Shown: in pieces, positions 13,478 through 25,002 of the stretch | Numbering within the stretch: the stretch's first letter is position 1 | Layout: the number at the start of each line of letters is the position of its first letter | Assembly: GCA_964016885.1 (NCBI GenBank) | Contig: OZ024742.1 | Location: 310,744,001-310,808,000, forward strand | Direction of reading: 5' to 3' | From: Eledone cirrhosa | Taxonomy: Eukaryota | DNA length: 64,000 nt | Notes under the pieces: model-generated | Told to the model about the DNA's origin: nothing | Database searches by the model: none | Seen by the model: the letters and a program-made list of their open reading frames with translations, nothing else | Made by a program: the position numbers and the translations under genes

Positions 13478-14254
13478 ATATAAGTACTAGAAGAGATATG
13501 AACAATTAAATTAAGATGTTCTAGCATGGCCGTTGTCTAATCACTGAAACCATTAAAACAATAACATTTGAAAAGAATATGACGTGTACGCTACAACAAT
13601 TACAACAATAAAAAAATTGATGTTACCCTGATCTCCCATTCCACGTAGATGTGGAGTTTAACTGCTGTCCCGCCTCTCTTGCACCCATACTTCAACATAC
13701 ACTGCTTACTCACTATTTATTCTTCTCTTCTTCCTTTTCTTACCATCTACTCTTTCTTCTATCATTCACCTCATTCCTTTCACTGATTGTTAAATACATT
13801 TCATATCCTTAAATGATTCTAACTATTTAACAATTTAGGTTAGCATATTTGTAGTCAAATGCTACAGTTAGAGCTATAGTTTCAAACTAAGAGGTTAAGA
13901 ATGCATGTCTTCTAATGAACAGGCTAACTAGTTGTAAAACATTTTGCGTACGAAGAAAATAGTTAAGTTTGTTTGCATTTGTTCTTTGTCAATACTAAGC
14001 TGATAATTTAAATCTGCAGTTATACCTACATTACAGTTCTTTTAGAGGTCTTAATATACGCTGTTGTTTGCAGAACTCCAAAATTGTTGGTCTTGTATCT
14101 GAATTAGGAGCAATCATTTTTATTTTTATTATTTATCAGATTGTATTCATCTATGATATTATTTCAAATCATTGAGATTTTCCTATGAACTTATAGATTC
14201 AATTTTTGCTCACTTTTCCTTTCTTTCTCTTATATATATCACCATCATTTGTAC

Positions 14255-14465
14255 GTCGACATTTCTATGTTGGCATGGGTTGCTAGCATTTTTGAAGCAA
14301 TATTTTACAGCTGGATGTTCTTCCTGATTCCAAACTATTGCACAGAAGGATACGGTGTACCTATTCTAAACCGGATACAACGGGTTGGTGTCAGAGAGGC
14401 CGTCCGGCTATAAAATATTGCTTTCAAAAATGCTGACAACCCATGCCAGCATAAAAGTGTCGACG
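14255..14465. repeat. Inverted pair of SINE/LINE 3'-tail fragments
   Basis: 14255-14335 is an imperfect reverse complement of 14382-14465 (cccatgccagcat.aaa..gtcgac tail). Confidence 0.55.
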
Positions 14466-14698
14466 AAAAAATGATATTCATGAATAAAATCAAAATGTAT
14501 GTATATGTATGTAGAATAAGGAAATACAAAGTTTAGATAATAAAGTCCTATATTGATAAGGCTGTGATACATATTTCGATGACGACAGTGGCCACCCGAT
14601 TAGGCGTAGCACCCAGTGCCATGATCTAAAAATACTCCGTCATTCCTATGTGGAAAATGCACGTTGAGTTCTCGAATTGAATTACATCAATATTTTTA

Positions 14699-14773
<75 letters not shown>

Positions 14774-14934
14774 GTTGAGATGGTAACACACCAGAGAGAG
14801 ATATATAGTGCGTTATCAATAATACAGGGAAAAACCACCAGTGTATGGAATCTATAACCTATGAAAGGCAGACTATAGACACGATAATTAAAAATATAAA
14901 TTAAAGCGTAAATAAATACCTTTATAACTATATA

Positions 14935-15015
14935 ACACGCGTACAAATCCAAAGATATGTTTCACCAAAAAAATTGTTGAAAGAAATGGTCTAGTCTCGG
15001 TTCATCAGCGTGTGT
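14935..15015 (-). ncRNA. Type I hammerhead ribozyme (inverted copy of 15787-15867)
   Basis: Reverse complement of the plus copy; cores intact. Confidence 0.82.
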
Positions 15016-15786
15016 AAGGCCATACATTTCAGACAACACTAAGAGAATTTTACAATTGACTGTCCAGCTACACGTGGGAGAGAGAAGTCACAGCGTGTTT
15101 AAGGGCAGTGAACCAGTGGCCTCTGAGAGACGAACTGCTAGAAAGGGCAGCCCAAAGCCACTCAGAGAAGTGTGCTCAACCAAACAGAGAGGAAAGACTG
15201 TTATTAGGAGCGAAATATCACGATAAATTAACGGAGGCATAGGCCGTCGTTATTCCCTGTAAATAATGTGCTCAAAGGGGAAGAGATCCTGAGCCCTTTA
15301 AAATATAATATGTTGAGAAGGTAACACACCAGAGAGAGATATATAGTGCGTTATCAATTAATTTATATTTTTAATTATCGTGTCTATAGTCTGCCTTTCA
15401 TAGGTTATAGATTCCATACACTGGTGGTTTTTCCCTGTATTATTGATAACGCACTATATCTCTCTCTCTGGTGTGTTACCTTCTCAACATATTATATTTT
15501 AAAGGGCTCAGGATCTCTTCCCCTTTGAGCACATTATTTACAGGGAATAACGACGGCCGATGCCTCCGTTAATTTATCGTGATATTTCGCTCCTAATAAC
15601 AGTCTTTCCTATCTCTGTTTGGTTGAGCACACTTCTCTGAGTGGCTTTGGGCTGCCCTTTCTAGCAGTTCGTCTCTCAGAGGCCACTGGTTCACTGCCCT
15701 TAAACACGCTGTGACTTCTCTCTCCCACGTGTAGCTGGACAGTCAATTGTAAAATTCTCTTAGTGTTGTCTGAAATGTATGGCCTT

Positions 15787-15867
15787 ACACACGCTGATGA
15801 ACCGAGACTAGACCATTTCTTTCAACAAATTTTTTGGTGAAACATATCTTTGGATTTGTACGCGTGT
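15787..15867 (+). ncRNA. Type I hammerhead ribozyme, predicted cleavage GUA after 15860
   Basis: acacacg CTGATGA accgag...tttggt GAA acatatc tttg gatttgt A cgcgtgt. Stem I 6/7 bp, stem II closed by acc/ggt, stem III aca.atc/gat.tgt. Confidence 0.85.
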
Positions 15868-16144
15868 TATATAGTTATAAAGGTATTTATTTACGCTTTA
15901 ATTTATATTTTTAATTATCGTGTCTATAGTCTGCCTTTCATAGGTTATAGATTCCATACACTGGTGGTTTTTACCCTGTATTATTGATAACGCACTATAT
16001 ATCTCTCTCTGGTGTGTTACCTTCTCAACATATTATATTTTAAAGGGCTCAGGATCTCTTCCTCTTTGAGCACATTATTTACAGGGAATAACGACGGCCT
16101 ATGCCTCCGTTAATTTATCGTGATATATATATATATATATATAT

Positions 16145-16333
16145 ATAGGAGAAAGTATGACGCCGACGGCAGAGCTCAAGCCGTTTCGACGGCTTAGTCC
16201 AGAAATAGCCGACGAAACGGCTTGAGCTCTGCCGTCGGGGGTCATACTTTCTCCTATTACCCACTCTACTACTCTAAGTATTGAGTACTCTGGTGCGTTA
16301 TGGTCCATCTGATTCTTTACCACAACTTCTCCG

Positions 16334-16367
<34 letters not shown>

Positions 16368-16551
16368 CGAAGGAAGTGTGGTAAGGAAACAGGTGGACCA
16401 TAACGCATCAAAGTACTCGATACTTAGGGTAGTAAAGTGGGTAATAGGAAAAGAGTCAGGACCCCGACGGCTGAACTCCGGCCGTTTCGATAGCTATTTC
16501 TGAACTCAGTTCAGAAATAGCTATCGCAATGGTCGGGGCCCTGACTCTTTT

Positions 16552-16589
<38 letters not shown>

Positions 16590-16650
16590 AACGAGTAGGA
16601 CCCCGACGGCTGAGCTCAAGCCGTTTCGACGGCTAATTCTGGACTAAAAA
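16145..16650. mobile_element. Three short 3'-terminal fragments of the PLE family at 41857-43567, two of them palindromic, separated by (TA)n
   Basis: Share gaaacggcttgagctc.gccgtcgggg...gagtactctggtgcgttatggtcc with 41870-42000. A further diverged fragment lies at ~8030-8165. Confidence 0.75.
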
Positions 16651-16652
16651 AA

Positions 16653-16838
16653 GGGCGGTGGATTGGCAGTATCGGTAGAGGGTCGGACGCCATGCTTTCC
16701 AGAATAGTTACGTCCCTTTACGATCTGAGTTCAAATCCCGCCGAGGTTGACTTTGCCTTTCATCCTTACGAGGTCCATAAAATAAAGTACCAGTAATGCA
16801 CTGGGTATTTGCTGGCCTCGTGCCTAAAGTAGAAACAG

Positions 16839-16841
<3 letters not shown>
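16653..16841 (+). mobile_element. tRNA-derived SINE, full length
   Basis: gggcggtggattggcagtatcggtagag...gagttcaaatcccg...tgcctaaagtagaaacagtta. Confidence 0.88.
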
Positions 16842-16908
<67 letters not shown>

Positions 16909-16911
16909 ATA

Positions 16912-16960
<49 letters not shown>

Positions 16961-17007
16961 GTATATATATATATGTGTATATATATATATGTATGTATAT
17001 ATATATG

Positions 17008-17038
<31 letters not shown>

Positions 17039-17039
17039 G

Positions 17040-17162
<123 letters not shown>

Positions 17163-17189
17163 GTGTGTGTATATATATATATATATATA

Positions 17190-17612
17190 TTTCGTTTCTG
17201 AATTTGTTTAGCAAGATTCTTTATCTGAAAACGTGTGTTGAAACCGATATTGTTATACTTTGGGAGGGTCATGTTGGCAATGAGAAACACACGCACCAGT
17301 TGCTTTCACTTCAATTTATTATAATAAATTTATAAATTTAGGATTTATGTATGACACACACAGACAACAAGATGGCGTAGGACAGAACAAATGAGAGGCA
17401 CAAAAACAAAGAAAAGAATCCCCAGTCACTGAAGATGTCACAGCTTGTGTGACAAAAGAACTTTGACAATATATAAACAACCATCTGGTGGTGGAACCAA
17501 CCAACCAACCGGAAATCTATAAATTCCTAAATTTATAAATTTATTATAATAAATTGAAGTGAAACAAATGGTGCGTGTGTTTCTCATTGGCAACATGACC
17601 CTCCCAAAGTAT

Positions 17613-17618
<6 letters not shown>
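17190..17618. mobile_element. PLE 3'-terminal fragment with an internal inversion and an HHR motif at 17424-17467 (+); same family as 46728-47600
   Basis: 17247-17345 is the reverse complement of ~17520-17618. HHR: gtca CTGAAGA t gtcaca..tgtgac (a)AAA gaac TT tgac. Confidence 0.72.
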
Positions 17619-17687
<69 letters not shown>

Positions 17688-18704
17688 ATGGTATACGTAC
17701 ATACATATATACATATATGTATACAGACGTACAGTAGTATGTATATATAGATACATACATGCACACATATATATATATGTACATATGGATTCACCGAACA
17801 TTTATTATAATGCTCGGTGTGTTTGTAAACAAACATCCCGAATTAAGCCGTACAGTGTCTAGCAACCATCGTTGCTCATTTGTTCAACACTGACAAAGGA
17901 ACGCTGTTCTAGTTTCAAGCTTATTTGCTATCGACAGCAACGTATACCTTCCTGCCAGATAATTGAACATCTGAAAGTATATACTTTCTTTATGCATATT
18001 AATGGCTGAGCAGCCTAATTTGCATATCGAGTGAGTTAATCGGCTGGGCGCACCGAATACGATAAACGGAAAAAATGATACGAAATTTCATTTCTCACTC
18101 TTAGTACGGCTGTTACTTATATATACGTACATATATATATATGTGTGCATGTATGTATATATATATACATACTACTGTACGTCTGTATACATATATGTAT
18201 GTACGTATACATACTTATATTTAAGTAACAGCCGTACTAAGAGTGAGAAATGAAATTTCGTTTCATTTTTCCGTTTATCGTTTTCGGTGCGCCCGGCCGA
18301 TTAACTCACTCGATATGCAAATTAGGTTGCTCAGCCGTTAATATGCATCAGGAAAGTATATACTTTCAGACGTTCAATCATCTGGCAGGATGGTATACGT
18401 TGCTGGCGATAGCTAATAAGCTTGAAACTAGTACAGCGTTCCTTTGTCAGTGTTGAAGAAATGAGCAACGATGGTTGCTAGACACTGTACGGCTTAATTC
18501 GGGATGTTTGTTTACAAACACACCGAGCATTATAATAAATGTTCGGTGAATCCATACGTACATATATATATATATGTGTGTGCATGTATGTATATATACA
18601 TACTACTGTACGTCTGTATACATATATGTATGTACGTATACATACTTATATTTAAGTAACAGCCGTACCAAGAGTGAGAAATTAAGTTTCGTTTCATTTT
18701 TTCC

Positions 18705-18707
<3 letters not shown>
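17688..18707. mobile_element. ~431-bp tandem-unit element with an inverted arm and degenerate HHRs (17901-17943 minus, 18397-18439 plus)
   Basis: 18222 repeats at 18653 (period 431). 17690-18120 is the reverse complement. Motif: acgttg CTG(g/t)CGA tagc..gctt GAAA CTAG TA cagcgt. Confidence 0.7.
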
Positions 18708-18760
<53 letters not shown>

Positions 18761-18795
18761 GTGTATATATATATATATGTATGTATATATATGTG

Positions 18796-18862
<67 letters not shown>

Positions 18863-18908
18863 GTATATATATATGTATATAAATATATGTATATATATAT
18901 ATATATAT

Positions 18909-18970
<62 letters not shown>

Positions 18971-19057
18971 ATAAATATTTCGTATCTCCAAAGAAATACA
19001 GTTTTAGGAAGCCGTAGCTATGCAAACACCGGGTGATGTCCAGCAGAAGCAAGGGGG

Positions 19058-19151
<94 letters not shown>

Positions 19152-19152
19152 G

Positions 19153-19264
<112 letters not shown>

Positions 19265-19414
19265 TTTATGTGTGTGGGGGGTGTATATATATACATTTCG
19301 ATTTTTACAGAGTTCTTTAACTTTCACGTGTGTACGCCTATTTGTGCGCATGTATATAAGGAAGTTTGCGTGTATATAGTATTCAGATATCACGTGGGTT
19401 TCTCATATCTTCAG

Positions 19415-19530
19415 GCTCTAGTGCCAATGGTGTTCCGCTTCCTTTTCGGATTGATTTGTCGGCAGAAAGGAAATATGCGATACAAAACCTTAGTGCAGTA
19501 AACCAGAAGACTGATATTTTATCTCTTGAT
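19415..19530 (+). CDS. Candidate internal exon of an unidentified host gene
   Basis: Pyrimidine-rich acceptor ttctcatatcttcAG, 116 bp open (GSSANGVPLPFRIDLSAERKYAIQNLSAVNQKTDILSLD), consensus donor GTAAGT. No homology recognised. Confidence 0.35.
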
Positions 19531-19908
19531 GTAAGTTTGGTAAATCAATTTCTTGTTTTGGACATTCTTCCTCAATGTCATACGATGATGTCTGAACATC
19601 TATATTCTCAAGCAAGAGTTAAAATAACTGGCTAATTTAATGAGATATGCAGATAAAAGGAAACCTACATCCATATCTATCATTCAACCATTACCAGACA
19701 TATCGTCAACTCTGCAAGGCAAATCCGTATCAATTAAACCTAAGGAACCCATAGAGGCCAAGAAGTATGTGCAACCAACGATTCATCCATGTTTAACCTT
19801 TTTAAATAATTTCCATATGGAAGATGTGTTCATCTATTGATCACACTAAAGGGAGCGTAAATATGTGATTAATTTTTTTAAAATTTACTTTCAAATTATC
19901 CTGAGTTT

Positions 19909-19953
<45 letters not shown>

Positions 19954-20651
19954 CAAAGTAGAAAGTCTGTAAGTATTTAGGAGGCGAGAAATTGCAAAAC
20001 TGTGACATTCATTGCCTTTATTGAAGTATAAATAACGTGAATGTTAAGAAGGTACAGTGGCCAGTCTAGAGACCATGTCGTATAAAATATCACTGAGTGT
20101 CAACAGATTCAAGTTTGTGATATTCCAGTCACAGAATGGAAAGTAATCAGCTCGTAAAACATACCAACAAATTTTCTATACATCTAACAGGATAACTTGA
20201 GTCGATGACAAGTATATCCTACACTGGGTCGAAAAAACATGCTAAATATAAAATTCCAAATATTCATAAAATCAGATCACCCAGTCTTATAAAAATGAGA
20301 TGGTGACAGCTGGGAAGTCTGTGATTGTAGGTCTGCTTGGTCAACAAAACCACCCATTTAGCGAGTTTTTATGTCATTTTGATGGCAGAAATAGGAGCCA
20401 AACCTATTGTCTTAAATGAATTACACATTTGATAATGTAGTCTTAGTAATATTATTTCACATTTGGAATGTTCTATTAGAACTGATCTGTAGTAAACTAT
20501 TTATATCTATGTACACAGCATCGTTTATTAGAAAATATATAAAATATTTTCTGTTGGTGTAACGTTATTGTGAAAACATAAACAAATGTCAATACATATA
20601 TTATTATCTTCGTACACAGACAAATGTAAGGATTCCCTTCAGATGTTCAGT

Positions 20652-20922
20652 GACGGTGCGTGAATTAATAGTTAGGTTGTTGGACTAACGATCGTAATGT
20701 AGTGGGTTCGATTCTTGGCATGTTGTGTTCTTGAATGATACATTTCATTTCATGTTGCCTCCGTCCACTCAGCTGAAAACGAGTATTTGTAGCAACTGGG
20801 AGTTAACCCTGAAATGGAATGCTGTCCTGTCCAAGGAGAAGTCATGTACGCTCAAACCCTTATCACCAATGAAACCGGGATAAGTCCCGTCCTGATGAGC
20901 CTCCAGGTTTGGGACAGACTTT
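20652..20922 (+). mobile_element. V-SINE-like tRNA-derived SINE
   Basis: B-box gggttcgattc, tgttgtgttcttga, then gaaaccgggataagtcccgtcctgatgagcc, matching the V-SINE central/3' domain pattern. Related heads at 27115-27240 (-) and 40034-40140 (+). Confidence 0.6.
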
Positions 20923-21532
20923 AAATTGTTTATTATTTTTTTTTTTTAGAGTTTTTACTGTTTGACTAACAGGTCTGAAAATTAGACTGACTATCACATG
21001 TCTTTTACATAGCTGGACTAATCTTTCAGACCAAGCTGGAGGATAATCCACATTTTTACATTTATCCTGCTATAAAACAGAAACTATCTACAATTTGTAA
21101 TAATAATTAAAAAAAGGTGGGGACGGGGGAAAGAAAGAATAGGGAAATACAAAAAAAAAGAGAGAAGAAAAGAAAAAAAAGAACGGGAAGGGGAGGGAAA
21201 TAGCAAGAGCTCAGGTGTCGCAGAAGAGAGGGGATGGGTGAAGGGGGGTCTTTGGGCCTAGGGCAAGAGGGTAGAAGTGCTGCGCCCCCTTTACAAGACG
21301 ACAAAAGCATTCTCCCAGGTGATGGCAAGTGACACACTCAGCAACAACCACCCAACCTCGCGGGGCTCCTCTTCAGACCAACTGTTTAACTGTGCCAGTC
21401 AAGACTGCCAAAGAAAGTGCGAAAATAAATAACCTTTCGATAAAACATTGGTGTGATATTATAATTCAAAAAATTAAAGAAACGTATCACCTAGAAATAT
21501 TTAAATGATTTGGATATTCTTTTTTTTCTTTT

Positions 21533-21718
21533 GGTGGATTGGCAGTATCGGTAGAGGGTCGGGCGCCATGCTTTGACGCATAGTTATGGCCCTTGCCATT
21601 CTGAGTTCAAATCCCACCGATGTTAACTTTGCCTTTCATCCTTACGGGGTCGATAAAATAAAGTACCAGTAATACACTGGGTAATTGCTGGTCTTGTGCC
21701 AAAAGTAGAAACAATTAT
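21533..21718 (+). mobile_element. tRNA-derived SINE
   Basis: Same family as 16653-16841. Confidence 0.88.
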
Positions 21719-21904
21719 GTTACTTAGACAGCGTCTATGCTGGAGGACAGCACCGATTTAGTAGATCGTATTGACCGGAGTACTTCGTTTCAAGTCTGCT
21801 AATTATTTTAACGATTTCTTTTCTGTTGAACAGCTAAGTAACCGGTCATACTCACAAACGTAAACACAGACATGGATGACGTATATACGTACATTTATAC
21901 ACAT

Positions 21905-22055
21905 ATATGACCTTCTGCAGTTTCCCTCTACCAAATACTTCTCACAAATCATTTGTCAACCTGAGGATATAGTAGAATATACTTCTGTTTCCTCGCAGTG
22001 GTATTGAACCCAGAGTCAACTGGTTGCAAAGCAAAACCTTCAACAACTCCATCAT
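21905..22055 (-). mobile_element. Decayed SINE of a second (CORE-like) family
   Basis: cagtttccctctaccaaat...gaggatatagtagaa...gcagtggtattgaaccc. A decayed plus copy lies at ~30130-30265. Confidence 0.5.
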
Positions 22056-22248
22056 GTTTCTGCTTAAATATGTTGATGCTTATTTCTTTGTTTTTATTTT
22101 AACCCCAGGCCAAATATAATTTCAAAAGTATTTCAGGCTTCTCCCTCACTATATATAGTATATATATATATATATGTATGTGTGTGTATCCCGGGTTCAA
22201 TCGGGGGGTAACCACAGTAAGTAAGGTATAAATATTTAATATAGAAAT

Positions 22249-22298
22249 GGCTTCTACAGGACGAGAACTGTTTCATTCGGGAGAATTCATCAGGAAAA
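22249..22298 (-). ncRNA. Type I hammerhead ribozyme within a ~110-bp palindrome (22246-22355)
   Basis: Minus strand: tttc CTGATGA attc tccc gaat GAAA cag ttctcgtc ctg TA gaag. Confidence 0.8.
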
Positions 22299-22370
22299 GG
22301 GCTTTTCCTGATAAATTCTCTCGAATGAAACAGTTCTCGTCCTGTAGAACCCATTTTTATATTCTATATA

Positions 22371-22409
<39 letters not shown>

Positions 22410-22887
22410 CATTTACGAATCCAAGAGTCTGGTGAGCTATTGATTCCAGAGTTGGGTCCTATCGATACAGATTGAATCTTGAGTTGATCAATCGCAATAC
22501 GTGCGTCACACCTGAATAAACTTTAATGATGATACGCTGACACCTCGTTCCTACTTATTAATAATTATATATATAAGTGTATCGAACATAATATCTCTTG
22601 CTATGAATGTTTGAAGCTGTGATCAGTATTCTTGTCGGGTGAAATGAAATGCAACGATTAAGTAATACAACACCTCGCATGCTGGTTGACTGGCAGCAAC
22701 TGTTGCAACCAGTGACTCGACAAAAATCACACAAGCAGATAAAGGTATAGGGCTCTTCGCCGTACATTCATTTACCGTAACGTCCTTACTACGGGTAAAA
22801 ATAACGGCGGATACTTTTTCGACAGACATCGTAAAACGCTTGGAGAGGTTATAAGCTGAAACCACCCGTGCTCGCGCCTCTACCTCA

Positions 22888-22934
<47 letters not shown>

Positions 22935-24433
22935 TATATGTATGTATGTATTTTTGTGTATAGATACGTGTATTATGAATGTGTGTATGTGCATATGATG
23001 CAAATGTCGAAGTGATATTTTTTCAGATAAACAGTGATTTCCTGAACAGATTTATCGCAGTGGGTGGTTTCATCTGTACTTTCGTATGTCTAAACACTAA
23101 CTACTAGTCCCCTACCGTACCAATACACATTTGACATGTGACTCAATGATATAAACCATCTATTTCGTAGACACTGCTGACATGCCATTTGTTGTGATTG
23201 TATTCATAGAAGGTCTGTTTAATGCAACTCTAACAGATGCAGTCATCACAAATACGTTTAAGAGACAATTTAAGGTTGGTAGTCAACAGATACTCTAAGC
23301 TGATTTTTTTTTTTTTTTCAGATTTCAATGGACGCATACTCTTTCAAGCAAACGTCATATTTCATTCTGTTATTATTTTACAAGTGTCATTGATTAGTGT
23401 GTGATAACACCTTTCCTTAAGTATTTTCGTCAATGATATGAACTCAGAACATATTCGAGTCTAGTATCTGTTTAATGGATCTCTATGTATCGAATGGTTA
23501 AATTCACACGAGCTTGCTAAACGGTAGCTTTTTTTTATATATATAAAACCGCAGCTCACGTTTCACGAAGACATTCTCGCGCCTACGCCCGAACGCAAAG
23601 GACGCCTATTTGATCTGGTTAATAACTTCCGCAGTCAGGGTTATGTCACTAGAGATGATGCTCCTAAGATAGATTTTAAAGTAAGATTTTTTTTTTTTTT
23701 TTTTTTTACTGAAATTATGGGGGAATTTTCATGCTTGAAAGATGTTTGCTCTATAAGATTTGTTTACATCTGACGACATCAGATCTGCCAATCTCTAAAA
23801 ACCCAAACAGGGAGTTCCATGAGAAAAAGTGCCCCAGAACAGGGAGAAATGAGGAAAAATAAGGAGATTTTACATTATGAAAGCTATACCCATTTTCACA
23901 TCTCTCACCCACCCCAAAGTAGATGGGAGACCCCCCCCCCCCCCCGTCGGACGGAGAGAGTTGACAGGTCTGGATGGATTTTTAAAAAAAGGTGTGGCGT
24001 AAGACTTGGTTTTGGGGTGAAATGTTGGTGGAATTTTCATGCCTGAAAGATATTTGCTGTGTAAGATTTCTGTGTGCGTGGGTGTGTGTTTATCACAATG
24101 TTTACATCTGACGACAGGATTTATCCTGAGAAAAAAGGCGATATGAACTGAATGCTAAGTGAGAAAGATAATATGACGAATGACAGAACGGAACTAAATA
24201 GAGTAAGGGGACCATTGATTTGCAAAAAGAGCAAGACCTAAGATGAAAAATCGTATTAATAATCGTGTTAATAATTAATATGACGTATAAAGTTTCTCTT
24301 ATGCTAACTATTAATTAATCAAAACGAAAATTTCCCAGTTTGTATGACTGTTCATTAATTTTGGTGCCCTACAAACCCTCGACTTCAAAAATTAAATAGA
24401 TTCAACGATATTGCCGTCATATTGACAGAACTA

Positions 24434-24640
24434 ATTGGCAGTATCGGTAGAGTGTCGGACACCATACTTTGCAGCATAGAGTTACGGTCTGAGTTCAAAT
24501 CCCGCCGAGGTTAACTTTGCCTTTACTCCTTACGGGGTCGATAAAATAAAGCACCAATAAGGTACTGGGGTCGATTTAAAGGACTCCCCACATACCCCAA
24601 AAAATAAATTACTGTACTTGTGCCTCTATTAGAAATCATT
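24434..24640 (+). mobile_element. tRNA-derived SINE (variant with ggggtcgat insert)
   Basis: Same head and core as the other copies. Confidence 0.8.
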
Positions 24641-24950
24641 AATAGGTAAAACGTAAAAGTGAAAAGGCAAAGGGGTATGTTTAAAAATTAATGTTTTCTT
24701 AATCAGACATATTTCATAATTGTTACATTAAATGGATTGAAATTTTGTTGTTTTTTTTCCCAAAATATTAAACGGTTTCGGTTGGTATGTCAATCTTATT
24801 AAATATTTTTAAAAGATTATTTTCATGTTTTATGGGGATTTAGAACATATGCGAATTTTCTCTGACTTTCTTCTTATATATATATATATATATAATACAG
24901 AAATGGCTTCGACAGGACTAGAATTGTTTCATTCGGGAGAAATCATCAGG

Positions 24951-25002
24951 GGCTCTCCTGATGATTTCTCCCGAATGAAACAGTTCTAGTCCTGTAGAAG
25001 CC
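24951..25002 (+). ncRNA. Type I hammerhead ribozyme within a palindrome (24899-25008); same family as 22249-22298
   Basis: ggctctc CTGATGA tttc tccc gaat GAAA cag ttctagtc ctg TA gaagcc. Stem I ggct.tc/gaagcc. Confidence 0.8.

Larger units (their letters stand above)
14769..16122. mobile_element. Non-coding ~540-bp HHR tandem-repeat element (retrozyme-like): ~1.1 units minus (14769-15358) fused to ~1.4 units plus (15359-16122), inside (TA)n
   Basis: 15361 repeats at 15901 (period 540). The left arm is the reverse complement of the right arm. One HHR per unit. Confidence 0.85.

Noticed and set aside
16653-16745. SINE heads as genuine tRNA genes
   Set aside because: A and B boxes are present, but the spacing is expanded, there is no cloverleaf, and each is followed by the shared SINE body.
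20871-20905. GAAAC...CTGATGAG as a permuted hammerhead
   Set aside because: The hairpin closes directly after GAAA, leaving no separate stems I and III or closing stem II. It matches the V-SINE domain pattern instead.
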